From Ionaspis alba (Eukaryota), in assembly GCA_964255285.1 (NCBI GenBank), contig CAXUUL010000052.1:1-45740 (forward strand): 45,740 nt of DNA, in the 5' to 3' direction. Below are positions 1-10,756 of the stretch, one piece after another. Below the pieces are notes generated by a model. The model saw only the letters and a program-made list of their open reading frames with translations. It ran no database searches and was not told where the DNA came from. Position numbers and translations under genes: made by a program. Numbering within the stretch: position 1 is the stretch's first letter; every line of letters begins with the position of its first letter.

Positions 1-750
1 GCTTTGGATGGGCGGGAGCGGTGATGGTGGTGGTGGAAGGGGCCACGCCGAGGAGGGTGTGGAGTTCGGTGAGGAGGCGGGCGTTGGAAGCGTGGGTGTG
101 GGTGAGGGTGAGGTTTTGTTGGCGCAGGGAGTGCAGGGTTGTGCGGAGGGTGTGGATTTTTTGAGGGGTGGTGGCGGTGGGGGGTGTGGGTAGGTTTAGG
201 TTCTAAAAGTCCTTTTTGTTAGCACATGACATTCCGTTGCCTTCAAGGAGTTTCTTCAAGTCGAGGGTGATGGAATAGCATCATGTGGAGTATGTCAGGG
301 ATAAAACGAACCTCATAATGCGCCAACCGTATCCACTGCGCCAAATCCCCGGGCACAGTTAAGATATTCCGCAGAGTATATATCTCGAATTTGTCGAAGG
401 TCTTGTCGACTGTTGCCTCCAATAGCGTCTCTAATTGATGGACACCATTTTCGATCTCGGTGCGCGCGGCGGGGTTGTCGGTGGGGTTTGTTTCCGAGAC
501 TTGGGAGAGAGGCAAGGGTGGGAAACCGAGGGCGGAGGGAGGTGTGGAGAGGAGGCCGGATTCGATGGCTTGCAGTGCGCGGTAGATTATTGCGTTGACC
601 GTGTTAATTATGTCGTCGATGAGGGACTGTGTGAAGGGGTGATTAGCTGGAGTTGGGGGAGGGCTTTGTGTGGTGAGAGCCGCGTACGAGAGGAGTGTAG
701 CGGAAGTGTTCGGTCAGGAGCGCGTCGGCTGTTGAGTGTGAATCTGTCAT
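1..750 (-). CDS. MIS12: Kinetochore protein Mis12/Mtw1 (3' end runs off the window); exons approx. 750-688, 626-312, 202-<1
   Basis: Spliced translation MTDSHSTADALLTEHFRYTPL|SLIDDIINTVNAIIY...EIENGVHQLETLLEATVDKTFDKFEIYTLRNILTVP matches the Mis12 family signature; GT..AG introns at 687-627 and 311-203. Confidence 0.92.
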
Positions 751-1287
751 TGCAATGATGTAGAGAGCGTTCTCTCGACTGGGACGAAATTGAGGTTGCG
801 AATGATTCGAGACGAGATGATCTGCATGAGGGAGACGTGATTTGTTTACGGTGAGAGCAATGGAAGAAGGTTTCACCGTGCCTGAGCTAGTCTCCAAACA
901 GATTGGACCGACCTTGAGCCCTTTTTCTTGGCATGGCCTTCTTGTGAACAATATTAGACCCAACTTCTAATGAGGGACGGCCGATCATCGTCTTGGGCAT
1001 CTATCAAGTCCTTAAGAGTCTTGCAGACTTTTTCCTGTGAAGTAGTAGATCGGACTCAGGCGACGAAGAATCTGGGAGCCTAGACTCTCATGTCCCAAGC
1101 TCGTTAGACAACTCAAGCATTCAAGACAGACAAGACACCAAAAGGACTTTGTACTAACGATTTGAAATATTTGATAAAAAGACTATCGCATATAGACAAT
1201 GCGTATCCAGCACTCAGAAAAATGTACCTCTCTATCTATTAATCGAGCAATATAGTTCCCAAATCCATCATACCCTCCACACTTCCC

Positions 1288-2296
1288 CTACAACCCAACT
1301 GCTGCCAAAATCGCAACCAAACCAGCCACACCCCCACCAAGCACCACATCCCTTCCTCCTGCCGCCAATCTACCAGCCGCATTCTTCGTCTGCACCGCAA
1401 TACTGGCCGTCGCCGTTGCGCTTCCACCGGCCCCGGCACTGGCCAGGCTGCTGGACATCTCACTCGACATAGCAGTGGGCATGGTAGTCATAGATGCGAC
1501 AGTAGTGTTGGAGCCCATTCCCATCGTGGTGGTCATGCCGGAGGAGGCTGTACCCATGGACATGCTGGCCATCTGGCCAGGAGAGAGATTTTGCGGGGCG
1601 AGCTTGGCGAGGGCGGCGAAGGTGTCGATGTTCTTTTGGGGAGCTGCTGCGGGACTGTGGGTGGGATGTCAGTATAGTAATGCGCAGGGAGATGGAATTG
1701 GGAGCTTACGGGTTGATGACGCCAACCATGCCAGATTGGCAATGCTTGCCTTGCGAGCAGTAGAACCAGATGGGTTTTGTGTCGTTGATGGCGACGGTAT
1801 ACATGGGCATCATGGCGCCGGGTGAGACGGGCATGAAACCTGAGAAGAGACCGGTGACGTTGGGCATGATGTTGTGGATGGGAACGCAGGGGTTGTCGAA
1901 GGTGGATTGGACGACTGAGTGGTTCTGATGAGAGACGTGTTAGCTCAAGGTACAGAAGATTGTGTTCAGTAGGGGATGTGTGCATACCTTGGGGTAGAAT
2001 TGGAACTGAATCATAGAGCCCACCTCTGCCTTGAGGCTATTGGGCGTGAATTTCAGCGCGCCGTCTTTGTTCGAGACTTTTACGACTTGGACGTTGACCA
2101 TGCTAGAAGAGCCGGCGGTGGCCATAGCCATCATGGAGGACGAAGAGGACGAGGAGGCCATTGCCATAGACATGGAAGAGGATGGGGCCATTTCCATGGC
2201 CATGGAGGTTGAGGCGCCACTGCTGCCATAGCCGTACTGCGCCAGCGCACTACTGGTAAAGAGCAGAGCGGTTGAGAGGACGGATGTGAAATGCAT
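1288..2296 (-). CDS. Secreted, probably GPI-anchored Ser/Met-rich cupredoxin-like protein; exons 2296-1988, 1924-1710, 1654-1288
   Basis: Signal peptide MHFTSVLSTALLFTSSALAQ; spliced domain F-x-P..QFQFYPK|NHSVVQSTFDNPC...PIWFYCSQGKHCQSGMVGVINP (type-1 Cu ligand pattern H...C-x4-H-x4-M); Ser/Thr-rich stalk; hydrophobic C-terminus. Confidence 0.88.
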
Positions 2297-3381
2297 GGCC
2301 GAAAATTAATGAGGCTTTTTCCTGACAAAAGAGCGACTCGCGCTGTTCTGGTATTTGGGTGTTGCGGATGGATAACACAAAGGAATGCAAATATGAAAAA
2401 ACGAGATTAAAGCGACAGACTGGTAACACGCTGAACAGATGAGAGGCAAAGGAAAGAAGAACTGTTTGATGGAGGGGAAACATCTGGGATGCGCCAGCTA
2501 TATACATAGCTTATGCATTGAAGAAGAGGGCCTGGCTGGTCAGGTCGGCATGAATGCTAGTGATACTCGGATGAGATTGCGGCGTAACCTTGGTTGCCAA
2601 TTTCGTGCATCTCCAGTTTCACCGTGCCGGATGGGAGATGAGCCGCGCTCTGGAATAGACGGGAGGCGTGGCTTTGAATCTATTTTCAGGGCGCATTGAA
2701 CATCACATGGGCGTTGGTGGAACGAGAGAAGAATGGAGGACGGAAATAGATAACTTGTCGATGTTTGTTGCCGTATTGCCTCAGCGACGACAGAGTTCAC
2801 AATTCGACGAGTAGAGTTAGGGAATCATAGAAATCGCAAAACATAATCACGATACATCTCCAAAGAATTCGAGCTTTGGCATGTAGAACTTCCCCGAAAC
2901 TCGTTGGTGGAAAAGCTTCGCATGAACGTGGATGGGTTTGGTGGAATCGCTTGGAGTTTCGGATCCGTCTCAGATGTCACCTCGAGGATCATCAGCAGCG
3001 GTGCAACATTGGCTGACCTGTCTATGCTAAGCGCTACATTATTTCCTTACCGTTGTCGCAGCAATGCGTTCTTGAAGAACTAGAATAACATTTTGGGCAT
3101 GTAGTTATTCTTGAATCGCCACGTGTGAGAAAATCCGCATTTGCTGTCGTTTTGCATTGATCGTTTGTACCACCTGAATAAGCCTACTTGCCTGTCGTGC
3201 CCGTCAATCTAGAGTTGCACCGTTGCGACTGTTGGATATTCTCGTACCTTGATACAAGCTTATACCTTCATGGCATACTTGTGAGCCTCATGGCATGATT
3301 CATCCCTTCAGAATGTTTGTAGTCGTCCGAACCGCCCATGTCGCCTGGTCGTATCACCACCCTCCCTTCCCTCCTATCCAC

Positions 3382-3927
3382 TCAGAAATCTAAAATCAGC
3401 TGCGGCGCAAGTTTCTCAAGATCCTCAACCTACACACACATCCCTTCGCATCAGCACATTCTCTCTTCCCAGCCACATCCGCACATCAGACCATATGAAC
3501 CCACCTCCAAGAAATCTCCTCCACCAACCTCACGCCTCTCAAACGCAGCCCTAGCCAATGCCTCACGTACAAAAGTCTCCATATATTTTCCCACTATCGC
3601 GTTCGCGTCCTTACTCAACCTAGTCTTTTCGTCCGCGAAATGATGGTGTAGCAGCTTCGTGAGTAACTTCGGTGGAATCGTAGGAGGCGCGTCATGCGTC
3701 GCAGTGGGAGTGGTTCTGGCTTGGGGAGCGGAAGCCTGAGAGAGCTCGTCGGCGTCTTCTCTGTCTTCGTCTTCGGAACTTGTGAGGGATTGGGGCACGA
3801 GTGAGGGTGCGGATATCCGGCGGGGTGGGGGATTGGTTTTGGTAGAGGGCTTGGAGGCTGGGCGCGGAGGTTTAAAGGTAGCGGATTTGGCTTTGTTGCC
3901 GGAACCCGGGGGCCGGCCTGGGGGCAT
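3382..3927 (-). CDS. MHF2: CENP-X / MHF2 histone-fold protein; exons 3927-3505, 3429-3382
   Basis: TIPPKLLTKLLHHHFADEKTRLSKDANAIVGKYMETFVREALARAAFER...FLE|VEDLEKLAPQLILDF* is the typical CENP-X C-terminal domain; intron 3504-3430. Confidence 0.88.
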
Positions 3928-4223
3928 GATTGATGAGAATTCAAGAGGTATCGAGGCCTTTTTAATAGTCTCGGTGTGGAGTCGAGCGGCTTAGGCTTTG
4001 CTCTGGTTCGAGGAAAGCAAACGGACGTCTTTGCCAAGTCCGCCCATTGACCTGAGAAGCATTTTCGCAATACTCCATCCTAAGACAAGTCTACCTCACC
4101 ATTTGTACATAGATTTCACAAAATTTGAATATAGATTGAGAATTCCACCTGAATATCAATATGTAAATTGAACGCTAAAAATAAAGAGTCACTTGGTCAA
4201 CAAGTGTCGACGTGTGGCAAGTC

Positions 4224-6146
4224 TCAGTATTTCTGCCACCGTTGCCAGGTACTGTGCGGCAGTCTTCCAGGCATAGTGACTTCCCGAGTCTGCCTCGTCG
4301 TTCTCAAGGCTGCGTCTCTCGAAGCTGACGCCCTCGGAGCCTCAATAGCTCCCGAACCTGACGCCTTCGAAGCCTTAGCAGCTCCCCGAGTCCTCTTCGT
4401 CGCTTTCGGAGCCACTTCTATCACATCCTCAGTATCATCCCTGTATCTCTTCGTCGCTTTCGGAGCCACTTCTATCTCATCTTCAGTAGCTCCCCGAGTG
4501 CTCTTCGTCGCTTTCGGAGCCACTACTATCTCATCCTCAGTATCATCGTTGTATCTCTTCTGGTTCTTTGCCAGCCTCGTCTTATTTCTCGCTCGAGTCT
4601 CAAGTTCCAGATTCCCCAAATGGCCCGCGACAGTGGAAGCGCCACTTCCTCTTTCTCTTGCCAGCATTTGAAACACTTTTGAATGTGCGAGCTTTGTGAG
4701 TGCTAGCCGGTGGGTCAGTCTCCCTTCGTAGGGACGATTAGGTAATGCGTAATGCGGGTAGTCATCGGGGATGTCGTGGTTCTTACACATCTGGATAAAA
4801 TCTTCAGCAGTGCCTACCTCGTACCGCGTACCCATCTTCATCTTGTTCTTCCCCCTCGGCTCGTTGGGAAGGTGGCGATCGTCCACTCTGACGTCGAGAT
4901 CCTGACAGAGTAGGGGAAAATCCAGAAATTTCTCAAGGCAGTAGAGGTGGACATAACCAGCATTGTGCTGAGGATCGTGGTTAGCATTCCTCCAGTTCTG
5001 CTCGTCAAACGCAACGCGATACTGCCCTTGATTGATACAATGGTACGACGCGACGCAATCCTCGAAACGGCAACGATTCGAGGTCGAGTGTGGGTATCTT
5101 CTAGCACTATCCGCCGGGTTGCGCTGAAGCCAAAGTGTCAAGTGACGTGGGTGTTGCCTCAAAAATTGCTCGATCTCGGGCACAGAGTAGAATCTTTTGT
5201 AATCAAGCTCGCCTTCCTTGGTATAATTGAAGCATGCCCAGCTTCTCGGGATGGCTGGTAGCGGAGTGTAGACCTCCTGAGGGTTGTAATTTCGGACATT
5301 TTCAGAGCGTTTGCTTGGACCTTTTACTAAATGGTTCCTGACCCAAGGCTTGGAAACATCAGTCGGCAGTGTTGACCGAATGTGGGGCAGCTCAATTGCC
5401 GATCCAGGAGGAGAGCTAGGCATGTCAGTCGGAAGCCTCGGTGGAGAGCTAGGCTCTTCATCCGTCAGGTCCGAGGACTCGTCGACTGCCTGCATCTTGT
5501 CGGTAGAGGGAGTTAGTGCGAGCTCCTCGGCACCGTTGTCATCTTTTGGTATTGGCGCGTAACGCCCTCGAGCTCCATGGAGCAGAAAGGTCGGGCTCGG
5601 TGCGCCGGGCGGAAAACGTTGAGGATTGTTCATTTGGAGGATAGTCGAAAGTCTGGAAGTTGGCAGTTGCTGCTGTACTTCATGACCAAACTGCTGCAAA
5701 AATCCATTATCAAGCGCACGTGAGGTCTCTTTGTTGAGGTCACGCAAGAATTCTTCATCATACTCACCGACAGCGGCTTCAAAAAGCTTGTCCTCCATTG
5801 GATATGGCCGTGATGTGTGGGGTCCCGGTTCTGGGTAGGAGACCTTGACGCTTTCGTTGACCTGAGGAACTCTTGGCGGAGACCAATTGTAAGGAGGAGT
5901 AGTATCTAATCCAAGCAGTCGCGCAATCTCCGAAATAGTAGGGCTAGGGGACCCCTTGGCGTGCTGTCGCGGTGGACTCCTCGTAAGATCAACCAAGTCC
6001 GGAAAGAACTCACTCGAAGCCTTCGAAGAGGGCGGATTAACTTTAGGGTCAGCTTCCTTTGCTTGTTGTGGAGGATCTCGTGGCTGGACGTCTTGCTCTA
6101 GCTCGTCAAAAAGGCTGTCAAGGTCGGTCATTTCGATATCTTGCAT
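4224..6146 (-). CDS. Hypothetical protein, 640 aa, intronless; disordered N-half, Cys/His-containing globular domain, repeat tail
   Basis: Uninterrupted 1923-nt ORF; central segment rich in W/Y/F/C/H (LTLWLQRNPADSARRYP..CRFEDC..QGQYRVAFDE..GYVHLYCLE). Confidence 0.8.
   Translation of the reverse strand: MQDIEMTDLDSLFDELEQDVQPRDPPQQAKEADPKVNPPSSKASSEFFPDLVDLTRSPPRQHAKGSPSPTISEIARLLGLDTTPPYNWSPPRVPQVNESVKVSYPEPGPHTSRPYPMEDKLFEAAVGEYDEEFLRDLNKETSRALDNGFLQQFGHEVQQQLPTSRLSTILQMNNPQRFPPGAPSPTFLLHGARGRYAPIPKDDNGAEELALTPSTDKMQAVDESSDLTDEEPSSPPRLPTDMPSSPPGSAIELPHIRSTLPTDVSKPWVRNHLVKGPSKRSENVRNYNPQEVYTPLPAIPRSWACFNYTKEGELDYKRFYSVPEIEQFLRQHPRHLTLWLQRNPADSARRYPHSTSNRCRFEDCVASYHCINQGQYRVAFDEQNWRNANHDPQHNAGYVHLYCLEKFLDFPLLCQDLDVRVDDRHLPNEPRGKNKMKMGTRYEVGTAEDFIQMCKNHDIPDDYPHYALPNRPYEGRLTHRLALTKLAHSKVFQMLARERGSGASTVAGHLGNLELETRARNKTRLAKNQKRYNDDTEDEIVVAPKATKSTRGATEDEIEVAPKATKRYRDDTEDVIEVAPKATKRTRGAAKASKASGSGAIEAPRASASRDAALRTTRQTREVTMPGRLPHSTWQRWQKY
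4381..4560. repeat. Coding tandem repeat, 54-bp unit x ~3.3, alternating A/B variants
   Basis: ctcttcgtcgctttcggagccact recurs at 54-bp spacing; protein KRYNDDTEDEIVVAPKAT / KSTRGATEDEIEVAPKAT / KRYRDDTEDVIEVAPKAT / KRTRGA. Confidence 0.92.
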
Positions 6147-7029
6147 GTAAATACTTTATATTGATATTTTGAATTTTTGATTTATATTTTGTATTGTCGA
6201 CTTGTAACACGTATTCAAAGGTAGAGACAGATAATGGGCGCAAAATGATACAGATTAGACCTAAAGGTTACCTTCTTGGGGACTATTAAGCATATATACG
6301 TTCCTTTGTTCAACTCATGCCAAAGAATTTGGGCGAACAATCAGAACATACAACGATGGTATAAGCCATTCTTTATGCCTGACAGCCACCAATTCTGAAT
6401 GAGAAAGAAATTGTCGAGAAGTACTATTTATCTTCTTTGAACCATTTTTAGAGTGCGGTATTTATGGCAATCAGTCAAGCAACGAAGCCAATGCACGGCG
6501 ATGAGACAGCAACACATTCGTAGCAAGAAACTCAGAGGAACACAGTGACCAGCAACGTTCCTTGATGCGCTCAAATCGAGTTCGATATAGGACATGAAGG
6601 AGAGATCCATTCTTGGGCATCATCAGGCAAAGTTCCGAGCTTGATCATAGCACCTCTATTTGATAGACATTCTGGCGTAGAAAATATTAGTCGATGGGAA
6701 AGACATGACTAAAGATCGTTAATCGATACCGACCAGATGCAACGATCTGTGACCACGAGAGTTCAATAGAGAGTGAAATACACCTGAAGTACGTGTCATG
6801 GCGCCCACGCGAGAAGGTCTCGTTTATGGCTACACTAGCGCGAAAGGCTCATGCAGTTGCTCTGTGCTTCATTACAGGGTTTAATGCCAAGCCCTTTGTT
6901 TACAGCCGATTTCACCAAATCTAGACACTGTCACCAATTTCAACCACGAGTTTTGTGTCTAAGTTCCCAAAGGGCAGCTGTCACTTTTCTACAGCTTCTT
7001 GCATGCTAGTCGATGATACCCTATCTACT

Positions 7030-8812
7030 ATGGAGCCTGTCTTCAAAATTCCAGCCTCACCAGGCACACCACTGTTCCCCATCTCTCCTGAACGCGCCAA
7101 CCGTCGACAGCTGCCTCAATCGCCTTCTCTACCCAACGATCTCTCGGCAATAAACACCGACTCGTTTGTGTCGCGTCACTCCAGGCAGTCATCGGATGTG
7201 CAAGGCAAGGTCGCACAATTCAACAACTTGAGTAAAGAAGCTACGCAGAGGCGGAAAGACAATGAAGCTGCGCTTGTTAGAGCAGTCGTTGGCAGAGAAG
7301 AGGCCGAGAGTGAGACGAGGAGGCTGAAAGAAGAGACCAGGGCTCTACGAAAGGAGGTAGAGGAAGGAAGAGTAAGAGAGAGGAGGGTGGGTGAGAGAAT
7401 GGAAGCGATGATGGTATGCTTATTGTCGTAATTACCATAAACAAGTATCGACTCCTTCTAACGATCTGTCTGCACAGGAAGAGATGCAGCGAATGAAAGA
7501 GACCCAAAACCACTCTAAGACACTGTACGAGAAAGAGGTCAGGAGAGCCCGAAAGGAAGCATTCAAATCGTCCAGTGCACTCGTCAATCTACAGGAAGAG
7601 CTCAAGACTACGAGGAACAGGTACACGTTGATGCGGGAGGATGTTGAGGTTCAGAAAAGAAAGGTCGAGCTTCGAGAGCAAGAAACATTTAGTGCTCAGT
7701 ATCAATTGGTCGGAGTGCAGGAAGAATTGGAGGAGCAGAAACGGCAAATGAAGCTGGTGGAGGAAGAGCGAGATATGCTGAAGACAAACCTGAAGGAAGA
7801 AGAGGTAGCAAGAATCGCCGCGGAAGGAAAGATTCCCCTCCCAATCCAAGCGGGAAACGACGAGTTTTCTTCGCCCAAAAAGCAGCGACCAGAGATCAGG
7901 AGGGAAAGTGGTAAAGAGAACTGGGATCCGATGTTCTTCGAAGACTACGATCAACTGGATGAGCTAGGTCGACTAAAGGAGGACCTCCGAGCTGAGAGGA
8001 ATCTCAGAGTCCGTGCGGACGATCTGGTCGAGTTCATGAGGATGGAATGTCAGTTCAAAGTGTGCTCGTGCCGAATAGCAGAACGAACAGGGAGTTCATA
8101 CGTGCACGACAACAGGTTTGAAGCCAGGATGCAAGAGATCGCCAAGGGCATGGGAGATTACAGGCCAACGAAACCAAAGAATCCGACCATCACGGCACCA
8201 GCCATAGAAACGAGCGACTCTATAGCAAGCCCGGAGCGAGAGGAACGGGAAGATACAGAGCCATTGATCGAATTCTCTCCCACTACAGGCACATTCCGAA
8301 CCATCCAATCTCCTTCTCGAATCCCATCAACCCTCAGCCCACCACCACCTTCCCGCCTCTTCTCCACCGAACTCGCCTCCCTTGCCGTACCCCTGGCAGC
8401 CACCACGCTCTCGGAATCGCCCTCCCTTCTGTCTCTCACTGAAACGAACCCCAAGCCAGAATCCGCACCCAGAACCCACACTCCGCCTCCCATCTCCATC
8501 CCGGCCACGCCTCGCGCTCTCCCCTGCCGTCCAATATCAGGAGCCGCCACAATCAACGGCCCGAGTCGCATTATCAGTAACACGATCACGACCACCATTC
8601 CGCTTGCTGATCCTTTCAGTCCCACTAAGGATATGCCGTTTAGTCCTGGGGCAAGCATGACGAAGGAGCAGGCGTTGGAGCAGATTCGGCAGAGGAGGGG
8701 ACGGGCGAGGAGTATTGCTGCTGGGAATGGAACCCCAAGGAAGCCGATGGTGGATATTAGGGGCCTGCGGAGAGATATTAGTGCCCCAGCAGCGGGAACG
8801 AATGGGATGTGA
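7030..8812 (+). CDS. Coiled-coil protein of unknown function; exons 7030-7413, 7478-8812 (alternative ATG at 7003)
   Basis: Two ORFs joined in frame by a GTATGC..CAG intron 7414-7477; long E/K/R/Q heptad region, CQFKVCSC motif, Pro/Ser/Thr-rich tail. Confidence 0.82.
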
Positions 8813-8840
8813 ACCTAGCAAAGGGAAAATAAAGGTAAAG

Positions 8841-9050
8841 TTGGATATGAGATCCGATCTCGTTGTGATGAGAGAAGGAGAAGAAGTGCGTTCTTNNNNN
8901 NNNNNNNNNNNNNNNNNNNNNNNNNNNNNNNNNNNNNNNNNNNNNNNNNNNNNNNNNNNNNNNNNNNNNNNNNNNNNNNNNNNNNNNNNNNNNNNTTGGA
9001 TATGAGATCCGATCTCGTTGTGATGAGAGAAGGAGAAGAAGTGCGTTCTT
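8841..9050. other. Scaffold gap (N 8896-8995) with identical 55-bp flanks
   Basis: 8841-8895 equals 8996-9050. Confidence 0.95.
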
Positions 9051-9219
9051 TGTACAGTTGCTGTCTGCGTCGTCCTTAGCGTACGAAATATAGTGCTTGC
9101 ACTCATTTTAGAGACAGTTGGAGTACATAATACATGGTAGCTTAATTGCTCTCCGGTCTATCAGCGGTTGCCATTTTATCATTTTCCCCACCCTATTCCA
9201 CACCTCCAGCAGTACATTC

Positions 9220-10151
9220 CTACAATTTATTCCTTCCTAGCACACTACCCCCATCGATAGTAATATTCGCCCCATTCACATGTCCCGCTGCTCTACTACA
9301 TAGATAAACCACCGTCCCCGCAATATCCTCCGCCTCACCGAGTCTTCCGTCCGGGACCTCAGCCGCCATCTTCTCCTGTCCGCCATAAATTTCCATCAAG
9401 CCATTAGCCATTCTCGTGGGAAAGAATCCAGGCGCAATACTGTTCACAAGAATATGTCTGGGTCCTAGCTCAACCGCTAGGTTCTTGGCTAGATGAATTG
9501 CTGCAGCTTTCGAGGCGGAGTAACCATATGTGCCCTGTGCTCCAGTTGAGCCTACGGCGATGCCAGCAACGGAAGCTGTGATGATGACTCGGGAAGGATC
9601 GCGAAGGGAGGCCTTCTTTTGGAGGAGGGGCGCAAATCTAACATCAGAATCAGCACAGTCAGCTCCTGACAACCAGGACAATATTCAAATGAAGAAGACC
9701 GAACGGAGAGGAACACCCACAGTCTAATAGTGTTAAAGACGCTCTTTACATTCAAATCCATCACCTTAGCAAACGCCGTATCCGGATGCGTGTCGAACTT
9801 CTCTCCCCACGTCGCCCCCGCATTCGCAAACAATATATCCACATGATCCGTAGTCTTGGCCACCTCTTTGACCAATCTTTCCACCTCCTCCACTTTCGCC
9901 GAGTCAGCGGGGACGGAAATGGCTTGGGCACCCGGAGCTTTGTTGGGGAGTGCGTTGAGAGCTGCACAGGCTGCTTCGCAGGCAGAGGCTTTCCGTGAGG
10001 TTATGTAGACTTTGGAACAGCCGGCTTGTAGCAAGCCGGAGGCGGCGTGAAGACCGAGACCTCGCGAGCCTCCGGTTATGACGGCGATTTTTCCTGAGAG
10101 GGAGTAGATGTTTTTGAAGTCGTGGAGACGGACTTCGGCTTCGGCTGCCAT
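9220..10151 (-). CDS. Short-chain dehydrogenase/reductase (classical SDR, RhlG-like); exons 10151-9721, 9637-9220
   Basis: TGGSRGLG nucleotide-binding motif, ANAG, YSASK catalytic motif, VNSIAPG; C-terminal -NKL resembles PTS1. Confidence 0.93.
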
Positions 10152-10756
10152 GTTGGTAAAGTTGTGGGGCAGGTGAGGGTGCTATGGGTTTGCAGAGTGA
10201 TGTAAATTTGGGAATTGTTTGGTGATTGAACGAGGACAGAGAGGAGACTCAGGGACTTGTGCTGACAAGTGAAGAGAAAGGAGTAGTCTGAGCCGTAAAT
10301 TGATAGTTTGACGTTGGATACGATTGACTTGTATTTGGAGATGTGGGGAAGCCGAGGTATCTAGACCTCGGCCATTTTCGTATCGTTTTCTCCAAGCGGT
10401 TAGGCATTGTGTCACAACAGGTCAATGGTCTGTGTGCCAGAGCGCATATAATATATTGCACCACGGAACATACTCCAAAGTAAACTCCGATATTGCGACT
10501 CGCGATGGCTATCGATGTTTCGGCAATAGCACGGCATCTAGTGCTGACTCACGAGCAAGCCACGTGCTGAGAAACTAAACCAAGATCCTAGCCATATGCT
10601 GTGCCTCTGCATGCGTTGTTGGACTGGTCCCCTATGTTTCCAGCTCAGTGAAAGAGCTTTTTAATAATCTTGAGAGACTGTTCTTTCGAACCATCAATCG
10701 AATTGCGTTTAGTATCCTTCGTTTGCGCTTTCGCGTTACTATTCTATTTCAGCAAC

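Noticed and set aside
4152..6168. 11-bp inverted match (AATATCAATAT / ATATTGATATT) flanking the 640-aa gene as possible TIRs
   Set aside because: Short, AT-rich and not extendable; no TSD or transposase motif.
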